From an uncultured archaeon (GTDB taxonomy: Archaea > Asgardarchaeota > Thorarchaeia > Thorarchaeales > Thorarchaeaceae): a DNA stretch of 64,000 nt. Below, piece after piece: positions 39,835 to 48,634 of the stretch. A program made the translations under genes and the position numbers. Each line of letters opens with the position of its first letter. Positions within the stretch are counted from its first letter, which is position 1. The stretch is taken from assembly GCA_964458565.1 (NCBI GenBank), contig CAYWJO010000003.1, positions 1 to 64,000 on the forward strand, given 5' to 3'. A model generated the notes under the pieces. It worked only from the letters and a program-made list of their open reading frames with translations, was not told where the DNA came from and did no database searches.

Positions 39835-41499
39835 ATGACAAATCAAGAGGAAATTGAATCGATTTTAAAGAACGGTGAAACCAGGAATACCGAGTTTAAA
39901 CGCAAACTGACAAAGGTAGATCTCAAATCTGATAGAAGACAGAAACTAATAACAAGAATACGCTTCATGACTTGTGAAACCCCATTTGAAGGACTGTTCC
40001 TCGTTGGAATTGAAGACATCAGTGGAAAGGAATGGAAAATATATGGTCTTTCTGAGAAGGAAAGGAAAGAGTCAGAAAAAGTGCTAAATCAAATATGCGA
40101 AGAGGCTGAAGTTGAGATAATTGAGGAGGAGTCAGTCGAAACACCGAAAGGTCTCGTTGGTATTTACTTACTAAAACGCCTTGCAGCTCCAGAAATAAAA
40201 GAAACATGTACTATCAATGTAGCAGGAAGAGTAAATTCAGGAAAATCAACATTGATAGGTTGTATTGTAACCGGCTCAACAGATGATGGGAGTGGCAAGG
40301 CACGAGCATTTCTATTAACACACCCACAGGAGATTACTAGAGGCCAAACCGCAGATATTCATATGACCTTTATGGGATTTCAAAAAAACGGGGATGCGAT
40401 TTATTTAGATAATCCATTAAATAAAAGCGAGGTGGCTCGTGTGTTAGATCAATCACAAAAAATTCTCACTTTTTTTGACGCCCCTGGACATAAGGAATAC
40501 AGCAAAACCATGATTCGGAGTATCTTGGGTGCAGATGCTCAATATGGCTTAGTGTTGGTTCCCGGACCTGAAGGGGCAGCATTAATACGATCCGAAGAAG
40601 AAGTTAGTGGTCTTCGGAGACTAGATGATATTACTAGAGAACACCTCATCCTTATGTCAAGTCGTAGCGTACCCTTTATTGTAGCCATATCTAAAATTGA
40701 TAAAACTAAACCAGATGACCTGGTCCTTGTTTCTTCTGTTCTTAGATCAACACTGAAAGAAATAGGAAGAATTCCTGTAGCTCTCTCAAATGTATCTGAG
40801 ATATCTCCGATAATTCAAGAGATAAGATACGGAACAATTGTTCCAATAATTCGTACATCTGCAACAAAGAGGTCATCACTTGATCTAATGACAGAGTTAT
40901 TCAAACAGTTGCCAATCGATCAGAAATCGGAAGACGTGTCGAAAGCTGCAACTGCATTTGTTGACAAAGTATATCGGGGAATTAGAGGAACTAACGTTGT
41001 AGTCACAGGTACAGTGAGCACAGGAGTATTCAAAGAAGGTCAGAATATACAGATAGGACCAGACTCAACAGGAATGCCTCATGAAGGACGGTTGTTCAGC
41101 ATTGAGATGTTCAAGAAACGTATATCACGTGTTAAAGCAGGCGACCTTTTTGGATTTGACATCAAAGAACTTGAGAAGCACAAGGTAAGAAGAGGTCAAA
41201 TGATTACAGATGTCGACTATGAACTTCCATCAAGTCGAGTGTTTGAAGCAAACATCGTTGTAACAAGACACCCAACCAGAATTTCTGCTGGATATTCTCC
41301 TGTATTGCAGTGCCACACAATACAACAAACCGTAACATTGAAGGAGATATATGATGCAGAGTACTTAAGTGTTGGAGATTTTGCTAGAGTAAAATTAGAG
41401 TTTCTACTCTACCCCGAACCAATTGCAATTGGAGATAAAATCGTACTTCGTGAAGAAAACACAAGAGCTATTGGGACAGTTGTAAGCATTATTGAGTAA
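39835..41499 (+). CDS. GTPBP1/GTPBP2-like translational GTPase (archaeal aGPBP)
   Basis: N-terminal GETRNTEFK domain; G1 GRVNSGKST, DDGSGKAR, G3 DAPGH, G4 SKID; EF1A-like domains II and III (HPTRISAGYSPV). Confidence 0.88.
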   Translation: MTNQEEIESILKNGETRNTEFKRKLTKVDLKSDRRQKLITRIRFMTCETPFEGLFLVGIEDISGKEWKIYGLSEKERKESEKVLNQICEEAEVEIIEEESVETPKGLVGIYLLKRLAAPEIKETCTINVAGRVNSGKSTLIGCIVTGSTDDGSGKARAFLLTHPQEITRGQTADIHMTFMGFQKNGDAIYLDNPLNKSEVARVLDQSQKILTFFDAPGHKEYSKTMIRSILGADAQYGLVLVPGPEGAALIRSEEEVSGLRRLDDITREHLILMSSRSVPFIVAISKIDKTKPDDLVLVSSVLRSTLKEIGRIPVALSNVSEISPIIQEIRYGTIVPIIRTSATKRSSLDLMTELFKQLPIDQKSEDVSKAATAFVDKVYRGIRGTNVVVTGTVSTGVFKEGQNIQIGPDSTGMPHEGRLFSIEMFKKRISRVKAGDLFGFDIKELEKHKVRRGQMITDVDYELPSSRVFEANIVVTRHPTRISAGYSPVLQCHTIQQTVTLKEIYDAEYLSVGDFARVKLEFLLYPEPIAIGDKIVLREENTRAIGTVVSIIE

Positions 41500-43207
41500 C
41501 TATACCATCACTCCATTGAAGAATCTCACTAGTAGAAGGCCAAATATCCTCCTGCCGTAGGAATGGCTTTGAAGAATCTATGGTAAGAATATCATGTACG
41601 AATAGACCCATCTCAGCTATAGATTGAATGAGTCTCTTTCTCCAAATAGAATGTGCTGATACAACAGCATGAGAAGCTGAATCGGTATGGAAGATTGTAG
41701 CTTCAATAACGTTATCCACCAAAACCTGTAGAATTTCATCTCTTGTCCCTTTGACATAGAGATTTGGAGATATACCAAGATGACTGAAGTTTGGAAGAAG
41801 AAGGATTGCTTTACGTTCAGCAAGAGACCTAACAATACCAGGTGACCCGATGAGAGTGTTTGATAATATTTCTAATTTACCCTCTAGCAATCGTTCCATC
41901 ACAGCAGACTCAGATTTTGAGAGTTGAACATCTTCGAATTCAATACTAGCTTCATAAGTACGAGTGTTCGGCTTTTGTTTTCCGAATAAATTCAAAACCC
42001 AAGCTTGTATCGATTTACCGTGAGAGATTAGACCAGCAGACTTTGGGAAAATATCTGAAACATCAAGCCAATAGTCTATGGATGTTAGTGGCTCCATATT
42101 TTCTTCCATTAATTCGAAATTGATTATTTTATTTCCCTGTAGCAATTTCACATTGAGCCAGTTAGATGGATTGGGTTCATTAACGATTGTTGCAGATAAA
42201 GTGATTCCAAGAGGGGAGGGATTAACAATAGCTCTAGGAGCTAGATGAATCTTGTTAAGAAGGTGTTTCTTCTTTGACAGTTTATTAGTATTAGAGAGGG
42301 TTTCACAGAATCGGTTGATGAGATGATAGTCATCTTGAACCACTGAAACTTCCAGAGTATTGTGTATAATATCTAGAGCTTTATTCCAAGTATCTATCCC
42401 AGAATCAAGAGAGCCTTCGCTTACAAGATCTAACAACCTTCTAAAACCAGTACCCTCGTACGTTTCTGAGTGGACAACAAAATGGTTCAAAATGGGTATA
42501 AAATCGGGTTTACTAGAATCCCTCCAATTATGGGCCCATTCAATTTTCATTTTTTCATCTTTCAATTGTGCATAAGCAAAACCATTAGCTACACATTGAA
42601 TGAACTCATGAAGGCTTCGTTGTGACTGAGAAGTTTTTTCATTTATATGCACAAGAAATGCTGTACGATTGAGTAATCCATTAGACAACCCACTTCTAAG
42701 TGAGCTTTCCTCAAAGATTATTGTCCCATCCTCATCTAGCTCCATCCCAAAATGTTGACTGTTGCTATCAAGTTTCTGTCGGGTAACATAGATTTCAGGA
42801 AAAGGGGGTTCAGAAATGCCCAACATTCGAGCGGATCTACGAAGTACCTTACTCAGACTTGTCCTTAGCTCTTCAGTAGCCTCCATTCTCAATTCTTCAG
42901 GTGTTGGTGGTTTTTCTTTCTCAAATTTACTCAATAGACGGGATGTTTTTCTTAACTTGGCATATGTTTGATGATCAATGTTCTCCCCCACAATCAATAC
43001 ACCAGATTGAATGAAGAAATACACTCTAACTCGATCTCGACTAATTACTGCAACAATATAAGAAATACCGCTGATTTTTTTGAAGAGTTTCCTAATTGTT
43101 GAAGCCTTAACACGCAGGACTTCGACTAGTTCAGCTCCAGTTTCATTGAACTGGCGCTCTCCAAATGCGGCAATCTCCTTAGGTATAGCTCGAGAACTTT
43201 TTGACAT
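41489..43207 (-). CDS. Hypothetical protein (C-terminus weakly Lrp/AsnC-like)
   Basis: 572-aa open frame; no confident motif. Confidence 0.65.
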   Translation of the reverse strand: MSKSSRAIPKEIAAFGERQFNETGAELVEVLRVKASTIRKLFKKISGISYIVAVISRDRVRVYFFIQSGVLIVGENIDHQTYAKLRKTSRLLSKFEKEKPPTPEELRMEATEELRTSLSKVLRRSARMLGISEPPFPEIYVTRQKLDSNSQHFGMELDEDGTIIFEESSLRSGLSNGLLNRTAFLVHINEKTSQSQRSLHEFIQCVANGFAYAQLKDEKMKIEWAHNWRDSSKPDFIPILNHFVVHSETYEGTGFRRLLDLVSEGSLDSGIDTWNKALDIIHNTLEVSVVQDDYHLINRFCETLSNTNKLSKKKHLLNKIHLAPRAIVNPSPLGITLSATIVNEPNPSNWLNVKLLQGNKIINFELMEENMEPLTSIDYWLDVSDIFPKSAGLISHGKSIQAWVLNLFGKQKPNTRTYEASIEFEDVQLSKSESAVMERLLEGKLEILSNTLIGSPGIVRSLAERKAILLLPNFSHLGISPNLYVKGTRDEILQVLVDNVIEATIFHTDSASHAVVSAHSIWRKRLIQSIAEMGLFVHDILTIDSSKPFLRQEDIWPSTSEILQWSDGIVTQ

Positions 43208-43287
43208 TCAATTCGCCCGTCGTCGCTCCGTATTTTCCCTGAATAAACCTTGGGGAGAACAGTAGAAGTCATCACGAATTCAATACT

Positions 43288-43749
43288 TCAAGCAGGTACT
43301 TCATCATAGGTGGGTAAAAGAATATCGCGAATTGGAGAAGTATTCATTACCACATCAAGGACCTCGTCTTCTTTCATCAACATGCAACCCAAGAATTCAT
43401 ACTCAAATTTATCTAGGCGGATGTTGACACCACGTCTGGGGACCTGGGTTAAGAGTAGTACAATTTTAAATTCCCCACGAGGTAATTGATTCAGAATACC
43501 TCGCTTCATATCAGGCTCGAGCTCATCTTCCAGCTGCCGGGTCATCACACCACGTTCCATGAAATTATACCTAATTCGTTCAAAATCACCACTCGCACTC
43601 TTCTTGGGTCGAATGAAGGAAATTGAATATCCTAATCTTTTTAGAGAATTATAACCAATCATGGTCCTGAATAGTGGTGGACTTAGGATATCTAACTCAA
43701 CTTTCCTGAGTTCAACGATATCACCATTTCGTCTTACTTTGAGGTTCAC
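43288..43749 (-). CDS. Hypothetical protein
   Basis: 153-aa ORF filling a gap in the minus-strand run. Confidence 0.65.
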   Translation of the reverse strand: MNLKVRRNGDIVELRKVELDILSPPLFRTMIGYNSLKRLGYSISFIRPKKSASGDFERIRYNFMERGVMTRQLEDELEPDMKRGILNQLPRGEFKIVLLLTQVPRRGVNIRLDKFEYEFLGCMLMKEDEVLDVVMNTSPIRDILLPTYDEVPA

Positions 43750-43817
43750 TTGCTACACTTCCATATGATGGTCCCACAGAAAATGTTTCTCGTTACCGTG
43801 AAAAGGCTTCTAGAAAA

Positions 43818-44321
43818 TCAATCCGCGATTGCGCCCTCTCTTTTAAGAAAAGCAATCTTTACATCAATTCCAGGACCATATCCACCAAGCCCAGATGCAG
43901 ACACAACTCTATGACAAGGAATCACTGGTGCAAGTCGGTTCTTTGCCATTACGTTGCCAACAAATCTAGCGGCATTGGGAAAACCAGCCTTTCTTGCGAG
44001 TTCTCCATAGGAGATTGTGGTCCCCTTCGGAATTTTCATAGCAGTTTTCATAACACGCAGCTGCTTCTCGCTCATATCAGAAAGATCCAATGCAATAGAC
44101 TGAATATCTGTATCTTCTTGACCAATATAGATTTGATACACCTTCTCAAGTATAGAGATATCATGAAAATTTGATGATAATGGTAAGTCAGAACCACCTA
44201 TGTTGGAAATAACAGCAGATTTCGAAGCTCCAGGGAGTGCTGTAGAATACAGACCCTTCTCTGTAAAAACACCAGCAACAAATTGCCCATTTCTTTCAAT
44301 TATAGCAAGTCGTTTTTTCAA
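43818..44321 (-). CDS. ogt: Methylated-DNA--protein-cysteine S-methyltransferase
   Basis: IPKGTTISYGELA, AARFVG, active-site IPCHRVV. Confidence 0.93.
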   Translation of the reverse strand: MKKRLAIIERNGQFVAGVFTEKGLYSTALPGASKSAVISNIGGSDLPLSSNFHDISILEKVYQIYIGQEDTDIQSIALDLSDMSEKQLRVMKTAMKIPKGTTISYGELARKAGFPNAARFVGNVMAKNRLAPVIPCHRVVSASGLGGYGPGIDVKIAFLKREGAIAD

Positions 44322-44325
44322 AATC

Positions 44326-45198
44326 TTAACAACACCTTTTAATTACGAAGGCAAGGATTGAACTAAGTTCAGCGTCACTCTTCTTTGATCCAGCTTGAGA
44401 CCAGCCACCATCTTTGTTTTGATTTTGGGCAATCAACCCCAATCCTTGGTTTAGAACTTCTACTTCCTTATCAGATTGAGGTTTTCCCACTGCAGTTAAA
44501 TCCACCATGTCGAGATACGAATTGGCATCAATAGATTCCTTAAGATGATGGAATAAAGCGGCTCTCCCATTTACGTAAACCTTCTTGTCTAAATCAACGC
44601 CTGCAGCTCTTAAGGCAGGGAGTATGTTCCCGGTTGCGAGAGGATCAGAAATTTGCTGATCCTTATAATCAGGCCAGTGACCATCTTCATGCTGAGAGTA
44701 GAGGAGAAAATCTCGCGCACGCCAAATTCTTGATTCATCTTCATACTTTGCCAAACACAGGGCTTCAAGTGCTTTCCCAGTAAGCCATGTCACGCTTTTA
44801 CCAACAGGATACCAATCCCGCCCAGTGGTTCCACCCCACTTATCCTCTATATATGGGTCAACATTCAATGCCTCAGCGAATCCACCATCTGCTTTTTGTC
44901 TGGATATAAGGAACATTATCATTTTTTCAACAAAATCCGGTTTGGTCTCTTTCAGGGTAATTATTAGGGGAAGAAGCTCTGATGTGTCTTTTACAGAACT
45001 GGGATTTCCTTGTGTGAGATTGAATGGAACTCCACCATCTGGATTGAGTAAAGTTGCTAATTCCTTTAGTACAGCCTCTGTTTCTTTCTTGGCTCCATTA
45101 TATCCTGCAGAAATTAATCGAAGCCTGCCAGCAATATCACCATTCTCCATCACAAAACTCTCGATGTCATAATTCAGACTAATCTTTTCCACATCCAC
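44326..45198 (-). CDS. Prenyltransferase/squalene oxidase repeat (alpha-alpha toroid) protein
   Basis: QW-type repeats NPDGGV, QKADGGF, QHEDGHW, QNKDGGW. Confidence 0.78.
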   Translation of the reverse strand: MDVEKISLNYDIESFVMENGDIAGRLRLISAGYNGAKKETEAVLKELATLLNPDGGVPFNLTQGNPSSVKDTSELLPLIITLKETKPDFVEKMIMFLISRQKADGGFAEALNVDPYIEDKWGGTTGRDWYPVGKSVTWLTGKALEALCLAKYEDESRIWRARDFLLYSQHEDGHWPDYKDQQISDPLATGNILPALRAAGVDLDKKVYVNGRAALFHHLKESIDANSYLDMVDLTAVGKPQSDKEVEVLNQGLGLIAQNQNKDGGWSQAGSKKSDAELSSILAFVIKRCC

Positions 45199-45323
45199 AT
45201 TTCATCCTTCCAGATTCAGTTAATTGTCCATTTGGACTTGGTATCTACGAAGAAAACAATGCAATTTTAGCCCCGACTTTACATTATTACATAATGTCAA
45301 CTGAGGACTTAAAGCTTGTTCCA

Positions 45324-45587
45324 TCAATCCTCAGACTCATAATATTCAAGGATAGCCTTCTGACGTTCCCGTTTCTCATCCTCGGTAAGCTCATCATATT
45401 TTTTGCTATCATCTTCAACTACAACAATCTTTTCTCGAGGCGAGTGTTTGATTCTGTATTCAACTTTATACTCAGGATCGGTTGAAGCTCTTTTTTCATA
45501 ACCACATTCTCTACAGACTAGTTTTGGTTTCTTGCCTTGTTCGCGTTTTGGAAGCATTAAGGCACCACATTTTTCGCAGAACTCCAA
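45324..45587 (-). CDS. TFS/Rpb9-like protein with only the N-terminal zinc ribbon
   Basis: (M)EFCEKCGALMLP..LVCRECGY; TTG start at 45587 with GGTGG RBS; no C-terminal ribbon. Confidence 0.8.
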   Translation of the reverse strand: MEFCEKCGALMLPKREQGKKPKLVCRECGYEKRASTDPEYKVEYRIKHSPREKIVVVEDDSKKYDELTEDEKRERQKAILEYYESED

Positions 45588-45725
45588 TTTAATACCACCC
45601 TGAGCTGTTACAGTCTTCGGTTGCGCGTATGATTCTAATTTAAGGTTGACGATAGCGCATTCTGAACCTAAAGAAAGATTTATTGCGCACTGGTTAAGGC
45701 CGCAGGTCAATTGGATGGTTACAGT

Positions 45726-47057
45726 ATGGTACGTATCATTCCGTTTCGCGCTTACAGGTACAATAAGGATAAGGTGGGAGAGGTCTCGAAAGTTGTTGCA
45801 CCTCCTTATGATATCATAAAAGGGAAAAAAGTTGATAATTTTCAATCAAGATCCAAATACAATATAGCATGGATCATCAAGAATAAACCAACTGACGATG
45901 ACAGCCCTACAGATAATCAATATACTAGAGCCAAAAATCTACTGAATACTTGGATAGATGAGAATGCACTTGTACAGGATGAGAATGAGTCATTCTATGT
46001 GTACGGTCAAAACTTCATAATTGATGGCAAGGAATTATTCCGTTTTGGTTTCATCGGATTAATAGAACTAGAAGAATTTGCGACAGGCATTGAGCAGAAA
46101 GATACCTTTACGGGAGTTCTGCAACACGAAGAAACTCTTCCTAAAGACATTCAGGACCGTCTGAATTTATGCCGACAGTGCATGGCGCAGTTTGGTCAGA
46201 TCTTTGTTATATATCCTGATGCGGAAGGAGAAGTAGATACAATACTTCAAGGTAATATGAATAAGAAATCAATAATTGATGTGACAGATGATGATGGCGT
46301 TCGTCACAGAATCTGGGCAATTGATGATGAGATTGATACAAAAAAGATTACTGACGCAATGCTAAGTAAATATGTCATTATCGCAGATGGCCATCATAGA
46401 TACAAGACAGCATTAGCACTACAGGAGGAAAATCCTGAATTAGAGAGAGCAAGATATCGAATGTTGACTTTTGTCAACATCAAAAACAGTGGGCTCGTAG
46501 TTCTTCCAACACATAGATTGGTTCAGAATATTGACAAATTCTCACCGAAAATGGTACTTGAGGGAGTGAGTAAATACTTTGATGTCTTACACTATTCATC
46601 AGAGGATGAAATGTTCAAACAGATGAACATTTGTTATCAAAAGGGTGAACATGCATTTGGGCTTTTCATGAATGATGATACTTACTATGTATTGATACTA
46701 AAAGATGTTGACATAATCCACAAATTAATTCCAGAAAAATCGAAGGAACTAAGACAGCTTGATGTTACTATCCTTCATTCATTAATTCTGGACAAAGTTC
46801 TCGGAATTGATAAGGAGAAACTTGCTCAGGGAACAATGAGCGGAGGAGGATATGTTATTTACATTAAAGGAATAGGAGATGCTGTAGAAGAGGCTATCAA
46901 TTCGGTAAAAAATGATGCACAAGCCGTATTTTTCATGAATCCAACACGAGTTGAAGAAGTAGAAGCAGTATCAAACAATTTTGAGTGTATGCCTCAAAAA
47001 AGTACGTTCTTCCACCCAAAGATTTGGAGTGGATTTACCATTAATAAATTAAAGTAG
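45726..47057 (+). CDS. DUF1015-family protein (ParB/Srx-like)
   Basis: IIPFRAYRY, APPYDII, HEET, IADGHHRY, LPTHR, MPQKSTFFHPK..SG. Confidence 0.9.
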   Translation: MVRIIPFRAYRYNKDKVGEVSKVVAPPYDIIKGKKVDNFQSRSKYNIAWIIKNKPTDDDSPTDNQYTRAKNLLNTWIDENALVQDENESFYVYGQNFIIDGKELFRFGFIGLIELEEFATGIEQKDTFTGVLQHEETLPKDIQDRLNLCRQCMAQFGQIFVIYPDAEGEVDTILQGNMNKKSIIDVTDDDGVRHRIWAIDDEIDTKKITDAMLSKYVIIADGHHRYKTALALQEENPELERARYRMLTFVNIKNSGLVVLPTHRLVQNIDKFSPKMVLEGVSKYFDVLHYSSEDEMFKQMNICYQKGEHAFGLFMNDDTYYVLILKDVDIIHKLIPEKSKELRQLDVTILHSLILDKVLGIDKEKLAQGTMSGGGYVIYIKGIGDAVEEAINSVKNDAQAVFFMNPTRVEEVEAVSNNFECMPQKSTFFHPKIWSGFTINKLK

Positions 47058-47070
47058 ATAGGTGACTAAT

Positions 47071-48156
47071 ATGACAAAAAGAGTGTACAATTTCTATCCG
47101 GGACCAGCAACTCTGCCTCTTCCTGTTTTGGAAAAAGCTAGAGATGAGTTCTTGGATTTTATGGGAACTGGAATATCTGTCGTTGAGATTTCTCACAGAA
47201 CAAAGGAATGGCAGTCCGTAATGGATGATGCAACAAATTTAGTTCACGAAATGATGAAGTTACCCACTGAATACAAAATATTATGGTTGATGGGAGGAGC
47301 TTCAACACAATTTTACATGGTTCCAGCAAATATCTCAGTTAAGGGAAAACCAATGGAATATGTGGATACAGGTACATGGTCAACTAATGCTATCAAAGAA
47401 GCAAAGCTTTATGGTGATGTCAAAGTTGTGGCGAGCTCTAAGGAAGATAATTTTAGTTTCATCCCGAAAGATATTCGATTCAGTGAAGATGCAGCATATG
47501 CACACATAACTGGAAATAACACGATTTACGGAACCGAATATCACGAATGGCCAAAAGTACCTGAAGATGTCCCACTTGTAGTCGACATGTCGTCGAATTT
47601 AATGGATCGTGTAATTGACAATACACAATTCGGAGTAATTTATGCAGGTGCTCAGAAAAATCTTGGTCCAGCTGGTGTCACGTTGGTTGCAGTAAGAGAA
47701 GATTTACTAAAACGTATACCTGAAAACATACCTACTATGATGAAGTGGACAACTCACGTTCAAAAAGGTTCGATGTTCAACACACCATCGGTATTTGCAA
47801 TATATATCAGTAAACTCTCATTGGAGTATTTGAAGGAAACTGGAGGAGTACCTGCTATGGAGAAGAAAAATAGAGAGAAAGCCAAACTTCTCTATGATAC
47901 CATAGATAATTCAAATGGCTTCTATAAAGGGCATGCAAGAAAAGACTCCAGGTCTCTGATGAATGTCACTTTTACCATGCCATCCCCAGAGCTTGAAGAC
48001 AAGTGTGTTGAAGAAGCCCTAAAAAGGAACCTTGTTGGACTCAAAGGTCACAGATCTGTGGGAGGCATGAGAGCCTCTTTATACAATGCGATGTCTTTGG
48101 ATGGTGTCAAAGAATTGACTAAGTTCTTGACCGAGTTCAGGGAAGAACATCAATAG
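47071..48156 (+). CDS. serC: Phosphoserine aminotransferase
   Basis: NFYPGPATLP, EISHR, NNTIYGTE, DMSS, PLP-Lys in AGAQKNLGPAG, NTP, GHRSVGGMRASLYNA. Confidence 0.96.
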   Translation: MTKRVYNFYPGPATLPLPVLEKARDEFLDFMGTGISVVEISHRTKEWQSVMDDATNLVHEMMKLPTEYKILWLMGGASTQFYMVPANISVKGKPMEYVDTGTWSTNAIKEAKLYGDVKVVASSKEDNFSFIPKDIRFSEDAAYAHITGNNTIYGTEYHEWPKVPEDVPLVVDMSSNLMDRVIDNTQFGVIYAGAQKNLGPAGVTLVAVREDLLKRIPENIPTMMKWTTHVQKGSMFNTPSVFAIYISKLSLEYLKETGGVPAMEKKNREKAKLLYDTIDNSNGFYKGHARKDSRSLMNVTFTMPSPELEDKCVEEALKRNLVGLKGHRSVGGMRASLYNAMSLDGVKELTKFLTEFREEHQ

Positions 48157-48164
48157 AAACATCT

Positions 48165-48198
48165 TGAGGAGCGGGATGGCTCCTCATTTCTTTGTTTT
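48165..48198 (+). terminator. Hairpin plus U-rich tract after serC
   Basis: TGAGGAGC(48165-72)/GCTCCTCA(48179-86) followed by TTTCTTTGTTTT; overlaps the stop of the convergent gene. Confidence 0.55.
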
Positions 48199-48537
48199 AC
48201 GTTTCTTAGAAAATTTATCTACTGATGCTTGCATCTCACGCTCCAACTGTGGAAGTGATGAGTCATCTATGACTCCACGATATGTGCGATGCATAGAATT
48301 ATCCTGAACAGTAACATCAACATTACGCATTCCATGTTCTTCGAAAAATGATTTGAGAGCAGAAGCTATTGGAATCAAGACACCACCAGGCAATCTTCGA
48401 GCCAGATATTCGGGGCAACAGGAAACATCAAGAGATACTATTGTATTTTCAAAATCTACAAAGATTTCTACGGAGATTTTCTTTCTTGATGTTAGACCTT
48501 GTTTCATGGTAAGGTCAAATGCGCCCAATTGTTTCAA
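48184..48537 (-). CDS. Hypothetical protein
   Basis: 117-aa ORF with GAGTGAG upstream of a TTG. Confidence 0.6.
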   Translation of the reverse strand: MKQLGAFDLTMKQGLTSRKKISVEIFVDFENTIVSLDVSCCPEYLARRLPGGVLIPIASALKSFFEEHGMRNVDVTVQDNSMHRTYRGVIDDSSLPQLEREMQASVDKFSKKRKTKK

Positions 48538-48597
48538 GATAACTCACTCTTTGCTGTGCAATTACAACAGAAAAACCTTGTCAGCAGGGTATTCGTT

Positions 48598-48634
48598 AAA
48601 AAAAAAGAGATGAGGGGTATAAAAATCCCCTCAT
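48598..48634 (-). terminator. Hairpin plus U9 tract after S8 gene
   Basis: ATGAGGGG(48610-17)/CCCCTCAT(48627-34); A9 at 48598-48606. Confidence 0.65.

Noticed and set aside
44326-45198. Squalene-hopene or oxidosqualene cyclase
   Set aside because: About half the expected length and lacks the DXDD/DCTAE catalytic motif
45588-45845. N-terminal extension of the TFS-like ORF (173-aa call)
   Set aside because: It overlaps the divergent DUF1015 gene; similarity and an RBS start at TTG 45587
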